Shown here in pieces: positions 1 through 8,009 of a stretch of 21,928 nt of DNA. The DNA is from Candidatus Eiseniibacteriota bacterium (GTDB lineage: Bacteria > Joyebacterota > Joyebacteria > Joyebacterales > Joyebacteraceae). How positions within the stretch are numbered: the first letter of the stretch is position 1; the number at the start of each line of letters is the position of its first letter. Location: NCBI GenBank assembly GCA_043819135.1, contig JBDRFG010000116.1, positions 1 to 21,928 on the forward strand, in the 5' to 3' direction. The position numbers and the translations under genes are program-made. The notes below the pieces were generated by a model that saw only the letters and a program-made list of their open reading frames with translations, was not told the DNA's origin and searched no databases.

Positions 1-1
1 C

Positions 2-259
2 GAGGATCTGGACGCCGCCTTCTCGGCGGTGGACAGGGCGATCGAGAGGTTTCCAGGGTACGCCGACCTATGGCACCTCAAGATGAACCTCTGCGCCCTC
101 AAGTGGCGGCGAGCGACTTCACCGTACCGCTTCCAGAACGAGGCGAACGTTGAAGAAGCCGCCCGCAACGAGGCGTGGCGGCTTCTTCGGTTTCACTTCG
201 ACGAGCAGGGAGACCTGCTCACGGACGACGGCTCTACTACTTGGCGATCGAGTGGTTGA
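2..259 (+). CDS. C-terminal part of a protein truncated by the window edge; TPR-like helical segment
   Basis: Frame is open from base 2 (EDLDAAFSAVDRAIERFPGYADLWHLK...) with GC-rich third positions. AIERFPGYADLW resembles a TPR turn. Confidence 0.6.
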   Translation, partial: EDLDAAFSAVDRAIERFPGYADLWHLKMNLCALKWRRATSPYRFQNEANVEEAARNEAWRLLRFHFDEQGDLLTDDGSTTWRSSG

Positions 260-512
260 CCCACGCGAACACGTCCGCGTGCATGTCCGTCGTCTCGGAC
301 GTGGCGAATACCATGACGTAGAGGTTCGTCGTGTCGGGCGTCTGTTCCATGAACAGGTTGGTCAGGCGGGTCAGGGTGGCGATCGGGGCGAGGTTCATCG
401 CCCACCCGTCGGGCGCGGCCCCGAGGCTGTGGGCCAGGGTGACCTGCCCGGTGTTGGCGTGGTTGGCGGTCCAGCGGATTCGTGCGTGCTTGCTCTGGAA
501 ACGGCGTGCCAT
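237..512 (-). CDS. Small beta-rich putative virion protein (91 aa)
   Basis: GGAGG RBS precedes ATG at 512. Motif HSLGAAPD...WVNHSI is similar to the N-terminal domain of 21018..21620. Confidence 0.7.
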   Translation of the reverse strand: MARRFQSKHARIRWTANHANTGQVTLAHSLGAAPDGWAMNLAPIATLTRLTNLFMEQTPDTTNLYVMVFATSETTDMHADVFAWVNHSIAK

Positions 513-548
513 GGGGATTCCTCCGGTGGTGACGTTGGGGTAGAGTCC

Positions 549-588
549 AGCCTCCACGCTTGACAGAAAGGTGTCAAGCGATTAGGTT
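549..588. promoter_or_regulatory. Divergent sigma70-type promoter region with a perfect 9-bp inverted repeat
   Basis: CGCTTGACA-gaaagg-TGTCAAGCG (557-580). Plus strand: TTGACA(560-565)-17 bp-TAGGTT(583-588). Minus strand: TTGACA(577-572)-17 bp-GAGGCT (weaker -10). Confidence 0.7.
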
Positions 589-621
589 GACTACAGCAAC
601 CAGCAGCAACCGGAGGACACC

Positions 622-870
622 ATGGCAGCGAAAGCAAAGAAGACGACCGCGAAGGCATCCATCTCCACCGTCGTGACGACCGAGCCCGTCGTCGCCACAC
701 CCACGAGCATCACGATCCCCGCTGGCGGTTCCAGGGTCCTGCGGTTCGAGCGAGCGGACGGCAACGGCGGCGCGGCGGCGCTGACCGCCACCGTGACCGA
801 CGAAGGGATCGTCGTCGAGAACGCGACCGACGACGAGGTGGTCGTCGAGGCGAAGGTCTACCGGAAGTAG
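622..870 (+). CDS. Hypothetical small beta-rich protein (82 aa)
   Basis: GGAGG RBS upstream, typical codon usage, first gene after the 560-588 promoter. Confidence 0.75.
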   Translation: MAAKAKKTTAKASISTVVTTEPVVATPTSITIPAGGSRVLRFERADGNGGAAALTATVTDEGIVVENATDDEVVVEAKVYRK

Positions 871-876
871 CACCCC

Positions 877-1047
877 GTGGTCTGTCGCGACACAGCCGAG
901 CCCCCGAAGGTCCAGGTCCACACGCGGTTGTATGTCAAGGACGTCGAGACCCTCAAAATTCGCGCCCTGCGGGAAGGACTCCCATGGCAAACGCTACTGC
1001 GAAGCATCGTCCACCAAGCCCTCACCAAGAAGTCGAGGGTCGGATGA
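877..1047 (+). CDS. Ribbon-helix-helix (CopG-like) DNA-binding protein, 56 aa, absent from the ORF track
   Basis: Manual translation: VVCRDTAEPPKVQVHTRLYVKDVETLKIRALREGLPWQTLLRSIVHQALTKKSRVG. It matches the RHH pattern strand-RL..D.E.LK..A..EG.P[YW]QTL..S.[LV]H. Its stop overlaps the next ATG (ATGA). Confidence 0.75.
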   Translation: MVCRDTAEPPKVQVHTRLYVKDVETLKIRALREGLPWQTLLRSIVHQALTKKSRVG

Positions 1048-1286
1048 CGCTGTTCGCCTGGAAGTTCCTGGTGCCGTCCGACAGGTGGTATCCGCACCCA
1101 GACGACGATCGCAATCTGTACAAGGGGATCGTCGCCGTTGCGGTGGCTGCCGACTCATCGACCGCGCGCACGGCCCTGGAGAAACACCTCACCGACGACG
1201 GGACGGATGCGAGCTGGCTCGCCGTCGCGAAGGTCTACCAGATCCCCCTGGTCGACGGCGCGGTCCTGGCCTTCGCCGAGGTCTGA
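1044..1286 (+). CDS. Hypothetical protein (80 aa)
   Basis: GAGGG RBS, ATGA coupling to the RHH gene, strong GC3 bias. Confidence 0.7.
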   Translation: MTLFAWKFLVPSDRWYPHPDDDRNLYKGIVAVAVAADSSTARTALEKHLTDDGTDASWLAVAKVYQIPLVDGAVLAFAEV

Positions 1287-1289
1287 TCG

Positions 1290-1367
1290 ATGGAGTGGTG
1301 GGAAGGAATCTTGATGCTGGCGGCAGGTGTCTTCGTGGGCTGCCGCGTCTGGCGGGGGTCGTTTTGA
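1290..1367 (+). CDS. Putative 25-aa membrane peptide
   Basis: MEWWEGILMLAAGVFVGCRVWRGSF fills the gap exactly; its stop overlaps the TTG of the next gene (TTGA). Confidence 0.45.
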   Translation: MEWWEGILMLAAGVFVGCRVWRGSF

Positions 1368-1822
1368 GCCTGCTGAACCAGGGGCCGCCCCCAGAGCGCG
1401 AGTTCCGATGCGGCTCCTGTGGCAGGGTCGACACCTACAGGTTGCCCCGCTTCAGCATCATCAAGCCGAGGTGCTGCGAGCAGCCGATGCTGGCCGGGTC
1501 TGTGCTGTCCAGGCACGCGGTCCTCGCGAAACTCAAGATGGACATCATCGGGGACAAACGGGAACGGTGGAGGCTCGAACCCGGGGCGCGCGAGAGGCGC
1601 GAGTCTATCCTGGCGAACCACCCGGACTGGACCGACCTGCACCAGGTCTGGCAGCGCGGGAAGGGCCGTCTGCTCGGAAGCGAGCTCGTCGGCATGGTCG
1701 GCCGCGTCCAGAACGGCTGGGAGTACGACCTCGGAATCGGAATCTCGGACGCGAAGAGGACCGGAACGGCGACGAGCCGCCACGGCGCGCTTGCCGCGAT
1801 GATTCACGCTCTAGGGGGATGA
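1364..1822 (+). CDS. Zn-ribbon-containing hypothetical protein
   Basis: TTG start coupled to the upstream stop; EFRCGSCG...PRCCEQPM resembles a zinc ribbon. Confidence 0.65.
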   Translation: MSLLNQGPPPEREFRCGSCGRVDTYRLPRFSIIKPRCCEQPMLAGSVLSRHAVLAKLKMDIIGDKRERWRLEPGARERRESILANHPDWTDLHQVWQRGKGRLLGSELVGMVGRVQNGWEYDLGIGISDAKRTGTATSRHGALAAMIHALGG

Positions 1823-1826
1823 AGCG

Positions 1827-2024
1827 ATGACGGTCGTCCGCACGAACCACCACGCTCGACTCCAGGTCCGCTTCGACAAGGATGGGCCGAGCCCGTGGAA
1901 GGTCTACGACTACGTGAGCGAGATCCAGCTCGGCTCCTACGCCACCAAGGGGCAGGCCCTGGCGGCCTACCGGGACGCAGCGTTGCCGATCCTTCGGCAC
2001 ATCATGCAGGCGGCAGGATCGTGA
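1827..2024 (+). CDS. Hypothetical protein (65 aa)
   Basis: GGGGG/GGA purine tract upstream, good codon bias, GTGA overlap with the next gene. Confidence 0.65.
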   Translation: MTVVRTNHHARLQVRFDKDGPSPWKVYDYVSEIQLGSYATKGQALAAYRDAALPILRHIMQAAGS

Positions 2025-2206
2025 TCCCCCGACTTCGGTGTGAGTGCTGCGGAAAGCGACGGCTGCCTCCGTGGCGGCGTGGACAGAGCGCCACCGCGGG
2101 AGTGTGCTCGGCGTGCGCTGGGATGGCCGACCCGAACTGCAGCGGCTGTCAGAGCCGCCGCCGGGAAAGGCGCCTTCGGGATTCCATGGAGAGGAAAGCA
2201 TCTTGA
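2021..2206 (+). CDS. Small Cys-rich Zn-finger protein
   Basis: CECC, CSAC and CSGC motifs; coupled by GTGA and TTGA overlaps at both ends. Confidence 0.55.
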   Translation: MIPRLRCECCGKRRLPPWRRGQSATAGVCSACAGMADPNCSGCQSRRRERRLRDSMERKAS

Positions 2207-3063
2207 GCGACGACAGGCTCTGCCAAGCGTGCGGAAAGAATCTCGCCATGAAGCCGAAGGGGGAGGAGGGGGGCGGGATCTGCCGCGTGTGCATGGACGA
2301 GGCCGACAGGATCGCGAGCGCGCCGCCCCCGCTGGTGGTCCACTTCTGCGTGTTCACCTACGGCGGCGTCAACGAGGAGACCGTCGACTGCATCCTGGCC
2401 GAGTTCGGGATGGCCCCGGGCCTCGGGGTGCAATTCCTCTACGACCGGGTCAGCGGCGACGCCCTCATCAGCCGGTCGCGCTCCGTGGCGCTCTCTCGGT
2501 TTCTTCTGGAGACCGAGGCCGACGTTTGCTTCATGCTCGATCGAGACATCGTGTGCGTCGCCGGCGAGATCGTCGAGACCTGCAAGATCGCCCACCGTGA
2601 GAAAGCCTGCGTCGCGGGCCTGTACCCGAAGCGTACGCCGGGCATGGGGATGACGAGTCGGCTCACCAAGGACAACCCGGACTTCATCGTCGGGGAGGAC
2701 CGCCTCTGGCCGGCCGAGTACCTCGCCACGGGGTTCTTGGCAATCCCGAGATGCGCTCCGCGGGCCGTCGTCGACACCTTCTGCAAGACGAGCGTCGCTG
2801 ACAGCCTCCGCGTGCAGCCGTTCATCTACGCCCCCGACCCGGCCAGGGAAGCGTGGGATTTTTTTCGTCCCGTGGTCGCACCCTCGACGATGGTCAAGGG
2901 CAAGGGGGAGTATCTGAGCGAGGACTGGGCGTGGAGCCGCCGGGCCTCGTCGGCTGGAATCCGTCAGCTCGTCTGGTCGAAGCCGAGCCTCGTCCACTAC
3001 GGCAGGCAGGGGTTCGTGCCGGCGGACGGGCTCCCCGGGAGACTCCTGGTTTCGAGGACCTGA
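2203..3063 (+). CDS. GT-A fold glycosyltransferase (GT2-like) with N-terminal CxxC...CxxC Zn finger
   Basis: GGAGAGG RBS and TTG start. Motifs ALISRSRS..FL, FMLDRDI (DxD), AGLYPKR, ATGFLAI, YLSEDW and LVHYG are typical of phage GT-A enzymes. Confidence 0.85.
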   Translation: MSDDRLCQACGKNLAMKPKGEEGGGICRVCMDEADRIASAPPPLVVHFCVFTYGGVNEETVDCILAEFGMAPGLGVQFLYDRVSGDALISRSRSVALSRFLLETEADVCFMLDRDIVCVAGEIVETCKIAHREKACVAGLYPKRTPGMGMTSRLTKDNPDFIVGEDRLWPAEYLATGFLAIPRCAPRAVVDTFCKTSVADSLRVQPFIYAPDPAREAWDFFRPVVAPSTMVKGKGEYLSEDWAWSRRASSAGIRQLVWSKPSLVHYGRQGFVPADGLPGRLLVSRT

Positions 3064-3067
3064 GTTC

Positions 3068-3334
3068 CTACGCAGGACCCTGAGCGGAGTTTGCGCGACG
3101 GAGCAACTCGTCGGTGTTCGCTTCGATCTTGGCGAGGCGTTCGCCGTGCTGGGCAAGGTGTGCGAAGACGGTCTCGTGCATTCTCCGGCAGTCCATGGCG
3201 CTGACGGAATCTGGATGGTTGTGCTGGTCGAGCCGCTTGTCCACGTAGGTCCGAAGGGTCCACACTCCGGCGATAGCCGTACCCCCGAAGGTCAGGACAG
3301 CGAGGCCGATCGTGATGAGGCTGGACGTGGTCAT
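3068..3334 (-). CDS. Small membrane protein (N-terminal TM plus coiled coil), holin/XhlA-like
   Basis: Hydrophobic LITIGLAVLTFGGTAIAGVW followed by heptads (ERLAKIEANTDELL); ATGA-coupled to the upstream gene. Confidence 0.65.
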   Translation of the reverse strand: MTTSSLITIGLAVLTFGGTAIAGVWTLRTYVDKRLDQHNHPDSVSAMDCRRMHETVFAHLAQHGERLAKIEANTDELLRRANSAQGPA

Positions 3335-3669
3335 CGAGAACGACGTTGGACGAGATCAGAAAGGGCTTGCAGTATCCTTTCGAGCCGACGGAGCATCGGG
3401 ACCAGCAGGTCGACCGAACTCGGGATGACCATCACGGAGACGGTCTTGGCTCCGGTCGCCGCCGTCACGTAGATGTCAGTGCCCTTCGGCACGGTGAACG
3501 CGAGTTGACTTCCCGTCGGCAGGTAGAACGCGTCGGCCTGGTTCTGGCTGAATCCGACAAGTGCGATTGTTACCGCCTGGGAATGGACGATGACGTCGGA
3601 TTCCTCCGTGGCCCTGTACGCCAATTCGTACTTCCCAGCGACGGACGGGAACCTGCCTGTGAAGGACAT
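3331..3669 (-). CDS. Small beta-sandwich protein with C-terminal helix; possible vertex/minor capsid protein
   Basis: Alternating beta pattern (FYLPTGSQLAFTVPKGTDIYV). An extended -10 lies 6 nt before the ATG. Confidence 0.65.
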   Translation of the reverse strand: MSFTGRFPSVAGKYELAYRATEESDVIVHSQAVTIALVGFSQNQADAFYLPTGSQLAFTVPKGTDIYVTAATGAKTVSVMVIPSSVDLLVPMLRRLERILQALSDLVQRRSR

Positions 3670-3708
3670 TGCTGGACAGTACCATGCCCCAACGGTAAAA
3701 TTCCATCG
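3670..3708. promoter_or_regulatory. Back-to-back promoters for leaderless transcripts
   Basis: Minus: TGG-TACTGT(3681-3676)-6 nt-ATG 3669. Plus: TAAAAT(3696-3701)-7 nt-ATG 3709. Neither gene has an RBS. Confidence 0.6.
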
Positions 3709-3945
3709 ATGACGTTGCTGTCCAGCCTCCTGTCAAGCAAGAAGTTCAGGGCATTCCTGCTGCTGCTGGTCTGCGCGACTGTCCTCGCTGGGGTGGGGAA
3801 GATCGACTGGGATCAGTGGACGGCGTTCGCCGAGCATCTGGGCTACGTCTACATCGGGGGGCAGAGCCTCGTCGACTTCGGATCGCGGCTTCTGCGGCAG
3901 GCCGCGCCAGCGACGGAGCCGACCCCACCGGCGACGGAGAAGTAG
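3709..3945 (+). CDS. Putative holin
   Basis: SKKF followed by two hydrophobic segments and YIGGQSLVD, a pattern common in small phage holins. Confidence 0.7.
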   Translation: MTLLSSLLSSKKFRAFLLLLVCATVLAGVGKIDWDQWTAFAEHLGYVYIGGQSLVDFGSRLLRQAAPATEPTPPATEK

Positions 3946-3948
3946 CCC

Positions 3949-4260
3949 GTGCGGCGGGCCGTTGTCATCGCCATCGTCGCGGCGACGTGCGCCACGGTGC
4001 CACCCCGCCCCGCGGAGGTCGCCGAGAAGGCCCTCCTCGCCCTCGACACGGCGTTCACGGTCTGGTACGTCGCCCGTGTCGACGCGGCGCCCACGGAGGC
4101 CGACGTCGTGGCCCTGGACCCCGTGGTGGCCCGCTGGGGTGCCCTGGTGGCCGCCGTCGGGGCGGGGCTGGTTGCGGCCCGGGGGGGCGACGACGCGGCC
4201 CTGGTGGCCGCCATCGCCGACGCGCGGGCGTTCCTGGTGACAATCGGAGCCGATCCATGA
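3949..4260 (+). CDS. Putative helical lipoprotein
   Basis: MRR + hydrophobic core + AAT-C lipobox-like site; lies directly after the holin. Confidence 0.6.
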   Translation: MRRAVVIAIVAATCATVPPRPAEVAEKALLALDTAFTVWYVARVDAAPTEADVVALDPVVARWGALVAAVGAGLVAARGGDDAALVAAIADARAFLVTIGADP

Positions 4261-4466
4261 GCGCCGCCACGGTCATCGAGATCCTGAAGCTCGGGATGTG
4301 GGTCTGGGAGCAGCTCGTCGAAGGGCAGAAGCCGGGGGACATCAACCTCGCCGGCCACCTCGAACGGACTCGGCTCGTCCGCAAGGCCGCGCGTGAGCGC
4401 GCGCTCCGGCGCGTCCAGGGGCGGCCGGCGCTGCAGGCCGTGAAGCGCCCAGAGGCGTCGTCGTGA
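4257..4466 (+). CDS. Hypothetical protein (amphipathic N-terminus, basic C-terminus)
   Basis: GGAG RBS; ATGA and GTGA coupling on both sides. Confidence 0.65.
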   Translation: MSAATVIEILKLGMWVWEQLVEGQKPGDINLAGHLERTRLVRKAARERALRRVQGRPALQAVKRPEASS

Positions 4467-4723
4467 GCCTGTCGGGTTGCGCCCTTGGGTCCTTCCGGGA
4501 TGCCCCGGTGACCTGCATCTCCGAGCGGCAGCGCCGCTTCCACATCGCGACAGAGGCTGCGTCTGTCCTGTCGCTCCCGTTCTACCTCAAGGTCGCGTCG
4601 ATGAAGGCCGCGCCGCCGTGGGTTCGAGTCGCCGCCGGCGTCATGGCCTTCGGCGTGGCTGTCGTGGACGGAGGGCTGTTGTTCCGATGGGCGGATCTCG
4701 CTCGGAGGCGTCGGCAGCCATGA
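4463..4723 (+). CDS. Small membrane protein
   Basis: Two hydrophobic segments; coupled by overlaps at both ends. Confidence 0.65.
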   Translation: MSLSGCALGSFRDAPVTCISERQRRFHIATEAASVLSLPFYLKVASMKAAPPWVRVAAGVMAFGVAVVDGGLLFRWADLARRRRQP

Positions 4724-5211
4724 TCGTCCCTGCCCTCGCCGTCGGTGCCTGGGAGCTCGCCTGGCTGGTCTTCTACGACGTCGAGCGGAAGAAGCTGTTC
4801 ACGGAAGCCAGGGCCGAGGCGACCCGCCGGGGGAAGCCGCTGCTGGTTGTCGGCGCTCCGGACCCGGGGGATCCCTACGGCTGCGGTGACGTGGTCGTCG
4901 ATCTTCGGCCGGCGAAGCAGTGCAAGCGCACCGTCCGGACGTCGATCGAGTCGATGCCGATGTTCAAGGACAAGGAGTTTGGGGCCTGCTTCTGCGCGCA
5001 CGTCCTCGAGCACGTCTGCCAGCCCTTGAAGGCCCTCCTCGAGCTCCACCGAGTCGCTGACACCGTCCACATCTGCCGCCCGCGGCCGTGGACGCTGACC
5101 GCGTGGGTGGTCCCAGGTCACGCCTGGCTGATGGTGAAGAACAAGGCGGGCGGGTTCGACTTCCTCCCGTTGCGGGACCGCTGCAACGTCCCGACTCGCC
5201 AGGGTTCCTGA
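4720..5211 (+). CDS. Class I SAM-dependent methyltransferase-like protein with N-terminal membrane anchor
   Basis: LLVVGA (motif I-like), VVDL, MPMFKDKEFG and CAHVLEHV..P..AL.ELHRV, as in Methyltransf_11-type proteins. Confidence 0.75.
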   Translation: MIVPALAVGAWELAWLVFYDVERKKLFTEARAEATRRGKPLLVVGAPDPGDPYGCGDVVVDLRPAKQCKRTVRTSIESMPMFKDKEFGACFCAHVLEHVCQPLKALLELHRVADTVHICRPRPWTLTAWVVPGHAWLMVKNKAGGFDFLPLRDRCNVPTRQGS

Positions 5212-5874
5212 TCAACCCCAGAGGGTCGTGTACATGGCCAGGAAGCGCGCGGCGATTCTGTCGGCCTTGTTGGGATTCTGGGCGATGATCCCGTGGCCGC
5301 CGACGTAGCTCGCGCGCACCCGGGACCACTGCTGGACCGAGAGGTGGGGAACGAGTGGAAACAGGCGCTGCGCTTTGGCCGCGATGATCCTCGTCCCCTT
5401 GTCGATGTTGTAGGCCGGGTCGAAGAGGCGCGAATTCGGGGCGTTGTAGGGCATACCCCCGAGCATTCGCGCGGCGATTGCAGAGACCTGGAGGAGACCC
5501 GTCGAACCGAACGTCCACAGGCGAAGGACGTCGGACTTGCTGGCGCCGTCACGGAGCCTCCTGCACACCTCCAGGGCGTCCTCGTAATCTGGACATCTTC
5601 CCCATCTGGCAGAGTCCCCGGCGACATCGCAGGCCCAGGACTTCATCGCCCTCACGCCCTCGGGGTTGTAGGACCTCGGCCTGAAGTTGCTCTCCAGCTT
5701 CATGAAGGTGACGATCACGGGCGCGGGGACATCGTAGAGCCCGGCCGCTCGTTCGATCATGGCCTGGAACGGAACGGCTCTGGCGGGCCATGGATGGCTT
5801 GTGGAGGCCAGTGCGAGATTCTCGAACGCAAGCCAGGTCCAAATCAACACCATCCCAACGACGGTTTTTCTCAC
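5212..5874 (-). CDS. Lytic transglycosylase (SLT domain) with N-terminal signal/TM
   Basis: AAGLYDVP..I...MKLESNFRP (catalytic ES), GLLQV and LFDPAYNIDKG. GAGG RBS; GTGA coupling. Confidence 0.88.
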   Translation of the reverse strand: MRKTVVGMVLIWTWLAFENLALASTSHPWPARAVPFQAMIERAAGLYDVPAPVIVTFMKLESNFRPRSYNPEGVRAMKSWACDVAGDSARWGRCPDYEDALEVCRRLRDGASKSDVLRLWTFGSTGLLQVSAIAARMLGGMPYNAPNSRLFDPAYNIDKGTRIIAAKAQRLFPLVPHLSVQQWSRVRASYVGGHGIIAQNPNKADRIAARFLAMYTTLWG

Positions 5875-6188
5875 GGTGCGTCCTCTTCGTCGGCGTGCGG
5901 AAGGTCTGGAGGCGACGTGGGCGCGACGAGTCGCTGGTGGGTGACGACGATCAGGAGGCAGAGCCCCGCGGTCGAAAGGAGGCGTTCCGGGACGTCCCAC
6001 CACGGCACTTCACCCAGGGCGTACCTCCACGTCGAGAACCACACCACCAGGATGGAGGCCCAAAGGCTCATGCAGAGGTCACAGGCCCACGGCTTGATCC
6101 CTCTGATCATCCATCCCCGGACGACCTTGAACGAGCGGACGAACTGGACGATCAGATACGCCGCCAGCGCGCCGGCGATCAGCCACAC
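5871..6188 (-). CDS. Membrane protein with KPxxCxxCMSxW motif (DUF1360-like); start uncertain (6188 or 6197)
   Basis: Three hydrophobic segments and KPWACDLCMSLW. Confidence 0.65.
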   Translation of the reverse strand: MWLIAGALAAYLIVQFVRSFKVVRGWMIRGIKPWACDLCMSLWASILVVWFSTWRYALGEVPWWDVPERLLSTAGLCLLIVVTHQRLVAPTSPPDLPHADEEDAP

Positions 6189-6388
6189 CCGCCGCACCCC
6201 GGCGAGTAGGTGAGGACGTAGCCGCCAGCCCGAGCCCGGACGTTCACCCACATCGACAGAGCCCTCGAGTAGTAGACGAATCCGACCATCCCCTGGGACT
6301 CGTGTTCGGCGTGGCGTTCTGCCCGGATCTGTCTGAGACGGGCCTGTGCCTGCGGTGCGGTGAGGGTTTCTGGCCGCGGGGTAGCCAT
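6179..6388 (-). CDS. Hypothetical protein ending in CGGCG
   Basis: AGGA RBS directly after the upstream stop; fits the operon packing. Confidence 0.65.
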   Translation of the reverse strand: MATPRPETLTAPQAQARLRQIRAERHAEHESQGMVGFVYYSRALSMWVNVRARAGGYVLTYSPGCGGCG

Positions 6389-6392
6389 CGTC

Positions 6393-7997
6393 CTACTTTG
6401 CGAGAAGCTTGACGGCGATCGAAAGAGCAGTCAGCCAGACGAGCCCGGAACCCTTCTTCGCGGGGGCCTTCGCCTTCTTGGCGTCGGCCTCCTTCTTGGC
6501 GTCGGCCCTCTTCTTGGCGTCGGCCCTCCGCTTCGCCCAGGCGTCGGCGTCGGCCTTCTTCTTCTCCTCAATCGTTTTGGAGGAGCCGGCCTTCTTGGCG
6601 TCGGCCTCCTTCTTCGCGGGCTTCTTCTTCGCGGGCTTCTTCTTCGCCTTGGCGTCGGAGGTGGAAAGCCTGCCGGACGACGTGCGGGGCCTACTCGGGA
6701 CGGTGTCAGCGATTCTCCGGAGGGATTCTTTGATTGTATCAACGCGACCCGTCCTCACCCCGTACGCAACAGCCATCTTGAGGCAAAGGTGGAGTGCCTC
6801 CTGGGGTGTGTGCTGCATCCTGCTGAGCACGTTCCATCCCCCGTGGGTCGGACTCGGTACCTGCCGAGCCACCTTCTTTGCAGGAGAGTCGGTCGTCCTC
6901 GTCTTGAATCCGGCCACAATCTGACCCCCCGACCCCAGCCAATCCACGACTCCGTAGTCAAATGAAACTGTCGAACTGACGAGCTTGCGGGTGATCGGCG
7001 CCCACGAGAGGAACCCGGACATGTGCTCCTCTGGCAGTGGAAGGACGATCTGAGCCATCTCGGCCACGAAGTACTCAGGGTCGTTCCCGACGGCATGGGC
7101 AATTTTCTCTGCCCGCTTCAACGAAGGGGCGTGTACGTCGCGGCGGCTGATGTGCGTGTAGCCAGGGATGATTCTGCTGTGTTTCTGTCCTTTTCTTGAC
7201 GACAGCCCCAGCACATGCGCCTCGGCTTGAACCGTGCAGAAGAACAGCCAGAGCAGTCTCCGGAAGGCGGCTTGCTTTCCCCCCCACGCGAAGAGAACCG
7301 TTGCATATGGAAGTAGGCTTTGACTTCCCATCCATTCGGGGCTGCACATCGTGTCACTCGACATCAACGCACTGAACAACGCCAACGACGTAGCCGGAGT
7401 GGCGGGGATGAGCGGAGCGATGACGACCTGTGACCTGTGACGGCTTATCAACTGCGCCGTCAAACCTGTGACGCCGCCAACATCCTCCATCTTGTTGAGC
7501 GCCGTCTGCCAGACAGGCTTGACCTCCCCGAGCGCAACGTTGGAAACGAGATCCATGGAGATTCCGGATGTTGCCTTCACCATCTGGGGGTTCGAGGTTC
7601 TTGCTAGGATTGCTGCGATGTTTCGATTCCCGAGGGGGTGCTCGCGAAGTACGGTTGTCGAGATTCCTTCAACGTTCGCCGGAGGAGGAGTGCCGTCTGC
7701 CCCGAAGAGGTCACTGAGGATCTTACACACGATGGGCGCTGCAAAGGATATGGCCACCCCCGCTGGCCCCGAGAATGCCCCCGCCGCTCCGAGGAGTTGG
7801 GTCGCCATGCCCACTGCACCATTCACAACTTCTCCCATATCGTCGCCGGCGAACGAAGAAGCCCTCTCAGCCAGCCCCTTCACGGCGGACCAATCCCCTC
7901 CGTACTTCGCGCCGAGCTTCGAAGAGATAGCGATGTTGACCCCAGGAATATCCAAATTCCCGCCAGAGCTTACCTCCAGTGGTCCGATGCTTCCCAT
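6393..7997 (-). CDS. Large putative virion membrane protein with Lys/Ala repeat stalk and C-terminal TM
   Basis: 534-aa ORF in the operon; ADAKK repeats followed by GLVWLTALSIAVKLL. Confidence 0.75.
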   Translation of the reverse strand: MGSIGPLEVSSGGNLDIPGVNIAISSKLGAKYGGDWSAVKGLAERASSFAGDDMGEVVNGAVGMATQLLGAAGAFSGPAGVAISFAAPIVCKILSDLFGADGTPPPANVEGISTTVLREHPLGNRNIAAILARTSNPQMVKATSGISMDLVSNVALGEVKPVWQTALNKMEDVGGVTGLTAQLISRHRSQVVIAPLIPATPATSLALFSALMSSDTMCSPEWMGSQSLLPYATVLFAWGGKQAAFRRLLWLFFCTVQAEAHVLGLSSRKGQKHSRIIPGYTHISRRDVHAPSLKRAEKIAHAVGNDPEYFVAEMAQIVLPLPEEHMSGFLSWAPITRKLVSSTVSFDYGVVDWLGSGGQIVAGFKTRTTDSPAKKVARQVPSPTHGGWNVLSRMQHTPQEALHLCLKMAVAYGVRTGRVDTIKESLRRIADTVPSRPRTSSGRLSTSDAKAKKKPAKKKPAKKEADAKKAGSSKTIEEKKKADADAWAKRRADAKKRADAKKEADAKKAKAPAKKGSGLVWLTALSIAVKLLAK

Positions 7998-8009
7998 GGT
8001 CAGGTCATC

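Noticed and set aside
565..592. Further dif-like site (TTAGGTTGACT resembles a XerD arm)
   Set aside because: No TAA left arm at 6-bp spacing; better explained as the -10 box of the 560-588 promoter.
877..1286. Toxin-antitoxin pair
   Set aside because: The RHH resembles antitoxin DNA-binding domains, but neither neighbour shows a recognisable toxin motif.
932..1822. 296-aa ORF as a single gene
   Set aside because: Its 5' half overlaps three better-supported coupled genes in other frames; only 1364..1822 looks coding.
3949..4466. Rz/Rz1 spanin pair
   Set aside because: The lipoprotein is helical and Ala-rich rather than Pro-rich, and no i-spanin-like TM + long coiled coil overlaps it; unsupported.
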